Source: Flavobacteriales bacterium
Lineage (GTDB): Bacteria; Bacteroidota; Bacteroidia; Flavobacteriales_D; Sanyastnellaceae
DNA length: 64,000 bases
Direction of reading: 5' to 3'
Assembly: GCA_049594615.1 (NCBI GenBank)
Contig: JBMYJR010000002.1
Location: 39,028-103,027 of the forward strand
Part shown: one piece after another, positions 19,907 through 29,800 of the stretch
How the letters are laid out: each line of letters opens with the position of its first letter
Numbering within the stretch: the first letter of the stretch is position 1
Made by a program: the position numbers and the translations under genes
Notes under the pieces: model-generated
Told to the model about the DNA's origin: nothing
Database searches by the model: none
What the model saw: only the letters and a program-made list of their open reading frames with translations

Positions 19907-21433
19907 GTGAAGTACCCTGTTTTTCTGGCCGCTTTACTTGTGGCCTGCACCGCATGGTCGCAAGCTGACTTGCAATCGCCTCCGGAGGTGGTGTTTTCTT
20001 CTTTCATTACCGGACTGAACGACCCGGTGCGACTGGTTCCTGCTCCCGATGGGCGCCTCTTCATCCTGGAGCAATCCCAAGGTGACGTTGAAATCTACCA
20101 GCCCGACGGCACCTACATCGGCACCTTCCTGGACGTTTCTGGACTGATTTCAACCGGTAGCGAACGCGGCCTGTTGGGTATGGCTTTTCACCCGGATTAT
20201 ACTGCCAACGGCAAGTTTTACTTGAACTACACCGATGTGGGCGGAGATACCGTTGTTTCCGAATGGAGCGTTTCATCCAACCAGAATGTCGCAGATCCTG
20301 CAAGCGAGGTGGTGCTGCTGAACATTGTCCAGGATTTCTCCAACCACAACGGCGGGCACATTGCATTTGGTCCTGACGGCCACCTGTACATCGGCACGGG
20401 GGACGGCGGCTCTGGCGGTGACCCGTTGGCCCGAGCTCAAGACGGCCAAAGCCTGCTCGGCAAGATGTTGCGTATCGCGGTGGCCGGCGACGGTACGTAT
20501 ACCATCCCTGCGGACAACCCTTTCCTTGGTGCACCCGGCGTACTGGATGAAATCTGGGCCATTGGCCTGCGCAACCCTTGGAACTTCAGTTTTGACCCGT
20601 TGACTGGAGACCTCTGGAACGGTGATGTGGGCCAAGACCAATTTGAAGAAATCAGCGTGCAGTCTGGCGCCAGCACCGGTGGAGAAAACTACGGATGGCG
20701 GTGTTGGGAAGGGCTGGTGACGTTCAACACTTCAGAGTGTAGCACCTTGCCGCATCACCCTCCGGTCATCACCCACGCCCACACCGGATTTACCGGTTGG
20801 TGCAGTATCACCGGTGGATTCGTGTACCGCGGGACTGAATACCCGGGCATGGAAGGCTACTACCTCTACACCGATTACTGTCTGGGCGAAATACACGCCC
20901 TCAAAGACGACGGCGCAGGAGGCTACAACGCCTACACGGTCAACAGCGATGGCAACTTCGGCTACGTGCATTTGGCCACGGGCACCGACGGTACAGCCTA
21001 CATCGTGGATATCGGCGGCCAAGTACTCAAGGTGGAAGACGCCTGCAACACCTTGCCTGAGATTTCTTTGGACGTTGCGGGCACCTTGGAAGTCAACCTT
21101 GCTGGCGCGACTACTTACACGTGGTACCAAGACGGCTCTGCGCTTACAGGCTCGGATGCCGAAACGTGGACTCCTGCCACGAGCGGCACATACAGCTGTT
21201 TGGTAGATGTAGATGGATGCGTACGCTTGAGCAACGCCCAAGAGGTGGCTGTGCAAGTGGGGGTGCCCGGATGCACCTACGCCAACGCGACCAACTACGA
21301 AGCCAATGCTTCGGTGGATGATGGTTCGTGCCTGTTCACGGACTCCTGTGACGCAGACCTCAACGCTGATGGCACCATCGGCACCGCCGACATCCTAGAC
21401 ATTCTGGGCGCATTTGGAACAGACTGTCCTTAG
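19907..21433 (+). CDS. Secreted PQQ-dependent sugar dehydrogenase (soluble glucose/sorbosone dehydrogenase family) with Ig-like domain, one Cys-rich repeat and one dockerin-like C-terminal segment
   Basis: Signal peptide [19 protein letters not shown] (GTG start). GSDH blocks [43 protein letters not shown]. Tail: [23 protein letters not shown]...[28 protein letters not shown]. Confidence 0.8.
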   Translation: MKYPVFLAALLVACTAWSQADLQSPPEVVFSSFITGLNDPVRLVPAPDGRLFILEQSQGDVEIYQPDGTYIGTFLDVSGLISTGSERGLLGMAFHPDYTANGKFYLNYTDVGGDTVVSEWSVSSNQNVADPASEVVLLNIVQDFSNHNGGHIAFGPDGHLYIGTGDGGSGGDPLARAQDGQSLLGKMLRIAVAGDGTYTIPADNPFLGAPGVLDEIWAIGLRNPWNFSFDPLTGDLWNGDVGQDQFEEISVQSGASTGGENYGWRCWEGLVTFNTSECSTLPHHPPVITHAHTGFTGWCSITGGFVYRGTEYPGMEGYYLYTDYCLGEIHALKDDGAGGYNAYTVNSDGNFGYVHLATGTDGTAYIVDIGGQVLKVEDACNTLPEISLDVAGTLEVNLAGATTYTWYQDGSALTGSDAETWTPATSGTYSCLVDVDGCVRLSNAQEVAVQVGVPGCTYANATNYEANASVDDGSCLFTDSCDADLNADGTIGTADILDILGAFGTDCP

Positions 21434-22536
21434 GACAAGAGTTTCTGCAGTTGGTCCAGCACCGCTTGCTTGGTGTAGTGCTTCAAGGCCCGCTGGTAGC
21501 CGGCCTCTGCTAAGGCATCCACCTTCTCGGGTTGGGTGCAGAGCGCTTGCAATGCACGGGTGAGTCCATGTTTCTCTTGAGGATCGAAGAGCATGCCGGC
21601 CTTACCGTGATCCAAAATCTCTGGAGTGCCGGAAGTATTGGTGCCCAGCACTGCCACTCGGCTCAACATGGCCTCCACGGTCACGTTGCCAAAGGTCTCT
21701 CCGGCCGAAGCCATCACAAACACATCCAACGCTCGGTATGCCAATGCGACCTGCGACGAATAGGGGCGTAGGTGCACCACTTTTTGGAGCCCGTGCTGTG
21801 CAATGGCTGCTTGCACCGATTTCATGTAAGCCAGGCCTTCCCCGTGGGTGGGTTCTCCCATGAGCAGCAACTGCACGTGATGTCCTTGGGCGTGTAACGC
21901 AGCCACGGCTCTCACGGCTTCAAGCTGACCCTTCAAAGGATCGATGCGACCGATGATTCCAGCGATCCACGCGTCTTCGGGCAAGTCCAATGCGGCTCGT
22001 GCTTCAGAACGGGTATGACGCTCAGGAGAGAACCGTTCGGCCTCTTGCCCCAGCGGCACCGTTGCTATGCGCGTTCTGGGAAACCGCGTTTGTGTTTCCA
22101 CCTGCTGCGCCAGAAAGGGGAGTAAGGCAATCCACGTATCGATTTTGCGGAACCGCCAGGTGTGCAGCGGGTCTTTCTTGGCCACGCCCAATTGCATGGC
22201 TTGGTGGTAGACCAGTTGGAAGGGATGACGGGCAAACACCTTGGTCCACGCCAATACATCCATGTCTCGGTTGTCTCGGAACCACAGGACGTCTGGTGCA
22301 AAGGCGTTCACTTCTCGGGCCAGAGCACGGGCATGTTTCCAGTCGAAGTATTTGCGGTTGCGCGGTGTGGTCTGCACGGCCAAACCTAACTCCAAGGCAC
22401 GTTGGTATACAGGTGTATCGGCCACACAAATCAGCTTGACTTCGGCACCGGCTTCGGCAAACCAATGCACGTACCGCACGGCGTTCATTTCCAGTCCGCC
22501 CCAACTGGTGGAGCTGATGTAGGAGAGCAGGCGCAC
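21430..22536 (-). CDS. Glycosyltransferase family 4 (GT-B fold)
   Basis: C-terminal donor-binding block ASAGETFGNVTVEAMLSRVAVLGTNTSGTPEIL. GTG start abuts the stop of the upstream SDR gene, suggesting an operon. Confidence 0.75.
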   Translation of the reverse strand: MRLLSYISSTSWGGLEMNAVRYVHWFAEAGAEVKLICVADTPVYQRALELGLAVQTTPRNRKYFDWKHARALAREVNAFAPDVLWFRDNRDMDVLAWTKVFARHPFQLVYHQAMQLGVAKKDPLHTWRFRKIDTWIALLPFLAQQVETQTRFPRTRIATVPLGQEAERFSPERHTRSEARAALDLPEDAWIAGIIGRIDPLKGQLEAVRAVAALHAQGHHVQLLLMGEPTHGEGLAYMKSVQAAIAQHGLQKVVHLRPYSSQVALAYRALDVFVMASAGETFGNVTVEAMLSRVAVLGTNTSGTPEILDHGKAGMLFDPQEKHGLTRALQALCTQPEKVDALAEAGYQRALKHYTKQAVLDQLQKLLS

Positions 22537-23247
22537 CTATCCTCGGGCACGGTTGGGGCGCACGATGATCTCGCTCACCAGCGCGTCGTCTGGAGTTTCG
22601 ATGGCCATGCGGATGGCTTCTGCAATGCGCTCCACGGGCAGCCCTTTGCTGAAGTAGGTTTTGTATTCCTTGAGCAGCTCTTGGTTCGTGGTTTGATCCA
22701 CAAAGGCGGTGTTGACTGCTCCTGGAGAAATGGTGGTGACCTTTACTTCACTGGCCAGTTCGGTGCGGATACTTTCAGAAAGCGCGAGTACGGCCCACTT
22801 GGTGGCGCAGTACACCCCCGAGTTTGGGAAGACGTGGTGCGAAGCGACCGACCCCACATTGACCACGTGGCCAAACCCTTGGCGCAGGTGTGGCAGGCTG
22901 GCGTGCAAGAAGTTGAGCACCCCTTTGATGTTGGTGTCCACCATGGTATGCCATTGCTCCAAGTTGCCGTCTGCAAGCGGGTCAAAGTACCCCAGTCCGG
23001 CATTGTTGAGCAAGACGTCCAATCCGCCCATGGCTTCCACGGCAGCCGCTACACTGGATCGGGCTTGGTTGTGGTCGCGCACATCACAGGGGTGGATGCT
23101 CACGCGGTCGCCAAGTTGGTCGGCCAGGGCTTGGAGTTTGGCTTCGTTGCGGGCGCTGAGTGCGAGGGTATGGCCTTGCTTGTGAAGTAGGGCGGCGGTG
23201 GCGGCACCTATGCCTGAACTGGCGCCGGTGATCAGAATCTTCTTCAT
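22537..23247 (-). CDS. SDR family NAD(P)-dependent oxidoreductase
   Basis: MKKILITGASSGIGAATA and catalytic YCATKWAV. Start placed at ATG 23247. Confidence 0.8.
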   Translation of the reverse strand: MKKILITGASSGIGAATAALLHKQGHTLALSARNEAKLQALADQLGDRVSIHPCDVRDHNQARSSVAAAVEAMGGLDVLLNNAGLGYFDPLADGNLEQWHTMVDTNIKGVLNFLHASLPHLRQGFGHVVNVGSVASHHVFPNSGVYCATKWAVLALSESIRTELASEVKVTTISPGAVNTAFVDQTTNQELLKEYKTYFSKGLPVERIAEAIRMAIETPDDALVSEIIVRPNRARG

Positions 23248-23284
23248 GACCCAAAGAACCGAAATATTCCGTGCGGGTTCACAC

Positions 23285-23321
23285 CCAAACAAAAGCGCCC
23301 CGGTTTTCGAACCGGGGCGCT
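23285..23321 (-). terminator. Rho-independent terminator of the metalloprotease/BNR operon
   Basis: 12-bp stem agcgccccggtt-ttcg-aaccggggcgct, followed on the minus strand by ttttgttt. Confidence 0.8.
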
Positions 23322-23345
23322 TCTATACGTCAAACCTAAAGTCGT

Positions 23346-26300
23346 TTATGGACATGCAGTTCCGAACATGGCAAGCATGGTCAGCAGGTCAGAGGTGTCG
23401 GTACTGAGGTCGTCGTTGACGTCTCCGCTACACACGCCGGCGCAACCAAAGTCGCCGATAATCGCCAGCACATCACCGGTGCCAATGAAGCCGTCGTTGT
23501 TGAGGTCCATAGGACATGCGCACGAAGCATACTCACACGTGCCGTCGTCCAAGGTGGCACCTGCGTCGTAGTTGCAGGCACCGCTATCGGTGCAACCCGC
23601 GCATGTAGCGTACTCACATGAACTGTCGTCGATGGTGGCGGTAGCGTCATAGTTGCAGGCGCCGCTGTCGGTACAACCTGCGCACGATGTGAACTCACAC
23701 GAGCCGTCGTCGTTGGTGGCCGTTGCATCGTAGTTGCACGCACCGCTGTCGGTACACCCGTAGCAGCTCACCAAGTCACACGAGCCGTCGTCGATGGTGG
23801 CGGTGGCGTCGTAGTTGCACGCCACTGGATTTGTACATCCTGCGCAGGAAGTATACTCACACGAGCCGTCGTCCGAAGTGGCCGCAGGGTCGAAGTTGCA
23901 GGCGCTGCCGTCGGTACAGCCCAGCACGGTTGCCGGTACGGTACAGAAGGGGTGCAAAGCGTTGAAATCAAAATCGACAACGGGCATGGTCACCAGTACA
24001 GTGCCGTCTGCTTGGGTCAGGTAGTAGTCGCCGTCAATGGCACACCCATAGGCGGTGCCGTTCAGGCCGTCGCCGTAGCTGTCGAAGATTTCAAACTCGT
24101 AACAGGCATCGGTCAAACACACGTTGGTGGCAATGACTGAGTTGCTGGCCAATGGCCCGCCGCTGGCAATAACCGCGGTGCTGGCGTCGCGCAATTCCCA
24201 AGTGGTTTCTCCACCCCAACAATCGGTTTCGATGGTGATGGTGGTTTCAATTTCTCCCTCGCCGATTTCGTAGATGGACTCTTTGCTGTCGTTCGTGTTG
24301 TTCTGATCTGAGGCGATCACAATGCGCACAACAAAGGTGGCTGTGCCGGGCGTGCCTGTAACCGCCGGGAGGTTGACTTGCTCAGTCTCGCCAGTGGCCA
24401 GCGAACCGGTCCACGCGAACGATTGATCGTATACGCCGTTGAGTCCATATTCGATGGTGGCCGCCGTCAAGGTGTTGGCACCAAAGTTTCCGATGGTCAC
24501 AATGCCTTCCACATCGGGGTCACACTGAGTGGTGTTGGGAGCATCTACGGTCACAATGGCAGCATCGTCTGCGGGGATAACATACAGAGGTGCGTGCCAC
24601 AAACCGCGTCCGTATGTAGCTGCTACGATGGTGTTGCTGCCATAGTGGATTTCCAATTCAGAAACCACAGTATTTGGCAGCCCGTCGGTGTAGGGTTGCC
24701 ATGCAGCAAAGGAATTCTCGCGGTAGTACACACCGGCATCGGTGCCTACGTAAAGACCGTCGTCGGTGTCCTTCTGGTAAACGATGGTGTTGCAAGGTAT
24801 GGCCGGAAGCCCGTCGGAGTAATTGGTCCAGGTATCGCCTGAATCACCGCTGTAGTAGACTTTCGCACCCGAACCGAAGCCCGAGAAGCTCACCCACAAT
24901 CGTGTGGCGTCGGTAGGATCGATGGCAATGTAGGTGATCGATGAGCCCGAGAGTCCCGAGAGCGTGGTCCAGGTGGTACCTCCGTCTAGCGTACGGTAGA
25001 GGTTTCCGCCTTTGCCCACGAAAATCACATTCTCATCGGATTCGGCCACTGCAAGTGCGTTGCTGTTGCCTGTGGTGGGCATGGCGTATGAGGTCCAGCT
25101 GCCACCGGCATCTGTAGAGACGTGCAGACTCTTTTTGGCTACAATCAGTTTGTTGTGGTCGTTTTCGCTCATCACGTAAGGGGTGAGCCAAGCACCGCCT
25201 TCATTCGCACCGGACCCGTCGCTGTTCAGGATGGTCGAAAAGCTCGAACCGTAGTTGGTGGACTTGTAGATGCGACCGTAGTAGATGGTGCCATACATAA
25301 TGCTCTCATCGGTGTGGTCCACGATGCTTTCAAAGCCGTCGCCACCAATAGGGCGGGTCCAGTTGTTGCCGATTTTCAAGTTGCTGCCATTGTCTTGCCA
25401 GCCTGAGAACACAATGTTCTGGGTTTGGGCACTCAGCCCCAATCGGTAAATCTGGGCGATCTCCAGGTTGCTGGAAAGGTCCGAGAACGAAGTGCCGCCA
25501 TTCAGCGTACGGAACACGCCGCCGTCACAGCCGATCAGCAGGGTGGAGGTGCCGGGGATGAAGTACATGCCGTGGATGTCCGCGTGCACGTAAGGCGTAC
25601 CTGAGGCGCCGTACCAGTGGCCTACAATGTTCCAAGTGGCACCGCCGTCCGAGGATTTCCAAGTGTTTACACCACCTACATACACGACGTCTTCGTTGGT
25701 GGGGTCACATGCCGTAGCCAAGTCGTACCAGGCTTGACCGCCTGAGTCGGTACCATTCACGTTCCAACCGAGCAGGTTGATGGTGGCGGCGCTCGCCATT
25801 TGAGTCCAGGTGAGGCCCGCATCTTGCGATCGGTAGTAACCTTCAAAGCCTTGATCCGAAGAGCGGCCGGCCAAAATGTACAGGGTGTTCGGGTCAGAGG
25901 AACCTACGGTCAACGCCAAACGTGAAATGCCCGAAGTGGGCAGTCCAGTGGTGGATTGAGTCCAGGTGACCCCGTTGTCGTTCGAGAAGAAGAAATCATC
26001 ACCGTTGCCCACTGCAAACACTGTGTTTGCATCGCCGGACTTGAACTGCACGTCTTTGAAGTTGCCGCTCAAGGTTTGTGCCCAATTGGCCCCGCCGTCG
26101 GTGGTGCGGTGCACCCCGTTGGAGGTGGCCACCAGCAATACGTCGCTGTCAGAAGGATCCATGATGATGCGGTTGCAGCGGCGCACTTGTTGCACGGTCC
26201 AGTTGAGTCCGGTGGTGTTCCACGTTACGCCGTTGTCGGTGGACTTGAGTACACCCAGCGCGTAGGTGTCTCCAGCGTCACCGTCACCGGTGGCGATGTA

Positions 26301-26858
26301 GAGGGTGTTGGGATCGTTGGGGTCAATCGCCACATCCGAAACGCCAATGGAACCGAGTTGGTCGGTGTTGACCACCTCCCAGTTGGTTCCAGCGTTGTTT
26401 GAGCGCCAGAGGCCTCCTGCTGGAGCACATGCGTAGTAACGCAAGGTGTTGGACGGATCCACGCGCACCATATTTACGCGGCCAGCGCCTCCGCCACCCC
26501 CTGGAACCGAGGTGTTGCCAAAGTAGGTCCACACGCCCGACTGCGAGAGGCGGACCTCACTTCCACGGTTGCGTTGCACAGCTTGGTACACCGCATCTGG
26601 GGCTACCATGTCGCCGCTCGGGGCAAGGCGGGGCTCCCAAAAGTGCTCCCAGCGCTTGTATTGTTTGTAGCCTTGGCCACGTTCGATTTCGCGTCCTTCC
26701 CAATAGTCGTTGAATTCGGTTTGGACTTCGTAAAGGTTGACGTTAGGATCTTGGATCCGTTCGGCCCAGACCTTGTCTTGGCCAAACAGGGAAACCGAAA
26801 GGCCCATTGCAATTGCAATGAGCCCTCCGTTCCCGAGAATGCAGGAAATGTATTTCAC
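23346..26858 (-). CDS. Secreted BNR/Asp-box (sortilin-like) multi-propeller protein with CARDB-like domain, DSYGDG module, 5 Cys-rich repeats and paired dockerin-like C-terminus
   Basis: Signal peptide. Asp-box motifs STDNGVTW, TTDGGANW, SNDNGVTW, SQDAGLTW, SSDGGATW, STDAGGSW, TLDGGTTW, SGDSGDTW. C-terminal cassette described under findings. Starts 11 nt after the upstream metalloprotease gene on the same strand. Confidence 0.8.
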   Translation of the reverse strand: MKYISCILGNGGLIAIAMGLSVSLFGQDKVWAERIQDPNVNLYEVQTEFNDYWEGREIERGQGYKQYKRWEHFWEPRLAPSGDMVAPDAVYQAVQRNRGSEVRLSQSGVWTYFGNTSVPGGGGGAGRVNMVRVDPSNTLRYYACAPAGGLWRSNNAGTNWEVVNTDQLGSIGVSDVAIDPNDPNTLYIATGDGDAGDTYALGVLKSTDNGVTWNTTGLNWTVQQVRRCNRIIMDPSDSDVLLVATSNGVHRTTDGGANWAQTLSGNFKDVQFKSGDANTVFAVGNGDDFFFSNDNGVTWTQSTTGLPTSGISRLALTVGSSDPNTLYILAGRSSDQGFEGYYRSQDAGLTWTQMASAATINLLGWNVNGTDSGGQAWYDLATACDPTNEDVVYVGGVNTWKSSDGGATWNIVGHWYGASGTPYVHADIHGMYFIPGTSTLLIGCDGGVFRTLNGGTSFSDLSSNLEIAQIYRLGLSAQTQNIVFSGWQDNGSNLKIGNNWTRPIGGDGFESIVDHTDESIMYGTIYYGRIYKSTNYGSSFSTILNSDGSGANEGGAWLTPYVMSENDHNKLIVAKKSLHVSTDAGGSWTSYAMPTTGNSNALAVAESDENVIFVGKGGNLYRTLDGGTTWTTLSGLSGSSITYIAIDPTDATRLWVSFSGFGSGAKVYYSGDSGDTWTNYSDGLPAIPCNTIVYQKDTDDGLYVGTDAGVYYRENSFAAWQPYTDGLPNTVVSELEIHYGSNTIVAATYGRGLWHAPLYVIPADDAAIVTVDAPNTTQCDPDVEGIVTIGNFGANTLTAATIEYGLNGVYDQSFAWTGSLATGETEQVNLPAVTGTPGTATFVVRIVIASDQNNTNDSKESIYEIGEGEIETTITIETDCWGGETTWELRDASTAVIASGGPLASNSVIATNVCLTDACYEFEIFDSYGDGLNGTAYGCAIDGDYYLTQADGTVLVTMPVVDFDFNALHPFCTVPATVLGCTDGSACNFDPAATSDDGSCEYTSCAGCTNPVACNYDATATIDDGSCDLVSCYGCTDSGACNYDATATNDDGSCEFTSCAGCTDSGACNYDATATIDDSSCEYATCAGCTDSGACNYDAGATLDDGTCEYASCACPMDLNNDGFIGTGDVLAIIGDFGCAGVCSGDVNDDLSTDTSDLLTMLAMFGTACP
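23517..23921 (-). repeat. Five in-frame tandem 81-bp coding repeats (27-aa Cys-rich unit)
   Basis: The protein reads GCTDGSACNFDPAATSDDGSCEYTSCA / GCTNPVACNYDATATIDDGSCDLVSCY / GCTDSGACNYDATATNDDGSCEFTSCA / GCTDSGACNYDATATIDDSSCEYATCA / GCTDSGACNYDAGATLDDGTCEYASCA. Similarity between units is also visible at the DNA level. Confidence 0.9.
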
Positions 26859-26869
26859 TTGGTAAAGGT

Positions 26870-29800
26870 TTAATCACATGAGGTCCCGAACACAGAGAGC
26901 AGTTCCAGGATATCTCCCGAGGCCACTTCGCCGTCTTCGTTGATGTCTGCGATGCACTCGGATCCTGAGCACCCGAATTCGGCTAGCAGTATCAATAGGT
27001 CAGTTACGTTGCGGTCCAAGTCGCCGTTCAGGTCGGCGTAGCAGGTGCAGCTGGTGAATTCGCACGAGCCGTCGTCGCACGCAGCGGTTGCATCGTAGTT
27101 GCAGGCGGTAGCATCAGTACAACCGTCGGGCAAGATGCACGAGCCGTCATCGATGGTGGCCGTCGCGTCGTAGTTACATGCGGCAGCATCGGTACATCCT
27201 GCGCATGAGGTAAACTCACACGAGCCGTCGTCTGAGGTAGCAGCAGGGTTGTAGTTGCACGCGGTGTTGTCGGTACAGCCCAGCACAGTGCTTGTCACGC
27301 AGAAGGTTTCGGTAATGCTTGCGCCATAGTTGGAGGCCGCCATTTGAACCAGAACAGTACCTCCGTTGTCGGTCACTGAGTAGTCGCCGTCCACCCCACA
27401 CGCGCCGTAGGAAGCGCCCGAGAGCCCGTCACCATACGTGTCAGTGATGGTCAGGTCGTAACACCCGTTCGAAAGGCAGAATTCGGTGTCGTAGGTGGTT
27501 TGGTTGCCCAGGGTTCCAGAGGATAATGAGCCCAGCACTTCACCAGTGGTTTGGTTGGTGAGGGTCCAGCCCACTTCGCTGCCCCAGCAGTCGGTCAACA
27601 GCGAGAAGGTGACCAGGTTAGGGGCCGCCACCGTAGAGAAGTTGGTGGTTTGGCTATTGTTGGCAGGGTTTTCGTCGGCTTGGCCGTTGGGGTTGCTGAC
27701 AACTGCTTCATAGGTGTGCGAACCGTCTGCTGGAAATAGGGTGGGCAATGTGACCAACTCAGTGGATCCGAGTGTGAGGGAACCGGTCCAGTTGACAGTT
27801 CCTTGTGAAACGCCATCTACAAAAGTCTCAATGTCTGCAGATGTAAGGGTCTCGGTACCGAGGTTGAGGAGTTGGATGATGGGATTGATGGTGTTTCCAC
27901 AGTAATCGCCTTCTGGTTCGATGATGGCGTTGATCACAGCATCGTACTGTGCAGAAACGACTGATGAGGTGATTTCTACGTTGGCGTTGCTGATGTCAAA
28001 GAACACATTGCCGTTGCCTTTGATCTTGATCCGCGCGGTGGTGGTTTCCACAGACGGCATGGTCACGAGTTCGGCGCCGTCGTTGGCGGTACCTGAAACC
28101 AGCAGCGTAGGGTAGGTGAGGCCACCGTCGGTGGACAGGTAAATGTCCACAGCCGTGCAGTTTACAGGTGCACCGTCGGTACCGGCGACGTCCCAGCTAA
28201 CTGGAACAGGTCCGCCGCTTGGGAGGGCTTCTCCTCCGTTGGGGTACGTCACCAAAAACGGCCCCGTATCGCCGTCTACCGTGATCTGCATTTCGTCTTC
28301 GTTCACGCCACCACCACCAGCGCGGTTGTCGCGCACCGAACAACGGAAGGTCATGCCGCGGTCGTAATCAGGGAGGTGCTCACCTACTACGGTGGTGTTG
28401 TTGATCAGATCAGTGATGCGTGGGAATACACGTGTGGGGTCTTCAGTCCCTTTCCAGGAGCGGAAGGTGGGCTGGTTGCCCGAAGGATTGCTCAGGTCGC
28501 TGTCACCAGCGGCTGTCGCAGGGCCAAGATCGTATTCCTCCCACGTGTAGGTGATGGCGTCGCCGTCTGGATCCGATCCGGTGGCAGTCAGCTCAAACGG
28601 TGTGGCACCGGGAATGGTGTAGTCGGCACCGGCATCTACGGTTGGCACTCCGTTACCGGTGGTGGTCACCACTGCACAGGTGTTGCCGTTGCCGTTGACG
28701 GTAAACGCCTTCATTTCGTTGAAGCTGTGGATGTGGAAGTAATCGTCCGAGTTGCTTTGCAGGTTGGGCGAGCAAATGCCAGCGTAACCCATGATGGTGG
28801 ATGCACTGCCTGGCTCGTAGGCAGCACCCGAGGAACGGTTGCAGCTGTTGTTTTGGGTGTGATTGCCGCCGTATTGGTGGCCCATCTCGTGGCACACGTA
28901 GTCGATGTCAAAAGGATCGCCTACCGGTGTAGGTTGTCCGGTAACACCACCGGCTTTGTTTGAGCCGCAAGGGCTTTGCAGGTAGGCCACACCTCCGCCG
29001 CCGGTAGAATATACGTGGCCAATGTCGTAGTTGGCCGATCCGATCTGCGCATTGCAGGTGTTGATGTTTTGGCCCAGCATGGTGCCGCCGCTGTTGTTGG
29101 TGTAGGGGTCGGTGGCGCCATCGAGGAAGATCACGTTGTTGTTGTTGGCGACCAAATCCATATGTACCGCAACTTCGCGCTCGTAAACACCGTTCACTCG
29201 GGTCAGGGAGGTGTTGTAGGCATCCACTACATCGGGCACAGTTCCTCCGTGGAATTGGGCGTACTCACCGGTGCAGGCCAGTGCCAGACGGTAGGTTCGC
29301 AGCTCAGTGCCGCTTTCGGTGCGGACTTGCGCGGCCGATTGACCAAAGTGGCGCACTTGGCGGTCGTGTGCAGGCTTGTCGTACTTGGTACTGTTGCTCT
29401 CGTCGAACTTCTGCAGGTCCATCTGCACGTCGTCCACGATGGGAGGAAGTTCTTCAAATACCTTATCAGTGTTGGCGTAGAAGGCCTTTTTCGTGTATGA
29501 CTGGTAGGCCTCGGTGGTCCCGTCGGTCAAGGGGTCGATGTACCACGTATCGCCATTGTTGATGACCATGGCATGGAAGCCTTTGGGAGACATGCTCAAG
29601 CGCACAGTGGCCGAAGGGTCGGTGATCCCTTGACCCGCATACGAGCGGATGTTGGGGTAGCGTTCCTGCAGGGCAGGCGCCATCACGGGGAACTCCACAA
29701 TGCTAAATACTTGGATGGTGCCGTCGGGTGCAGGCAGCTCCAACAGGGTGCCGCTATCTTTGGCGCGCACATCTTGAATGTGAGGGGCTTGGCGCAGCAC

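Noticed and set aside
18222-19955. Extended 577-aa version of prfC, and the possibility of a prfB-like programmed frameshift.
   Set aside because: The N-terminal 46 codons are non-conserved and overlap the divergent promoter region. RF3 has no known frameshift site, and the G1 motif follows directly after the internal Met at 19817.
23517-23921. Regular 81-bp periodicity that could be mistaken for a CRISPR or minisatellite array.
   Set aside because: The period is in-frame inside a long ORF and the units are contiguous without spacers. They encode a conserved four-Cys peptide unit, so this is a coding tandem repeat.
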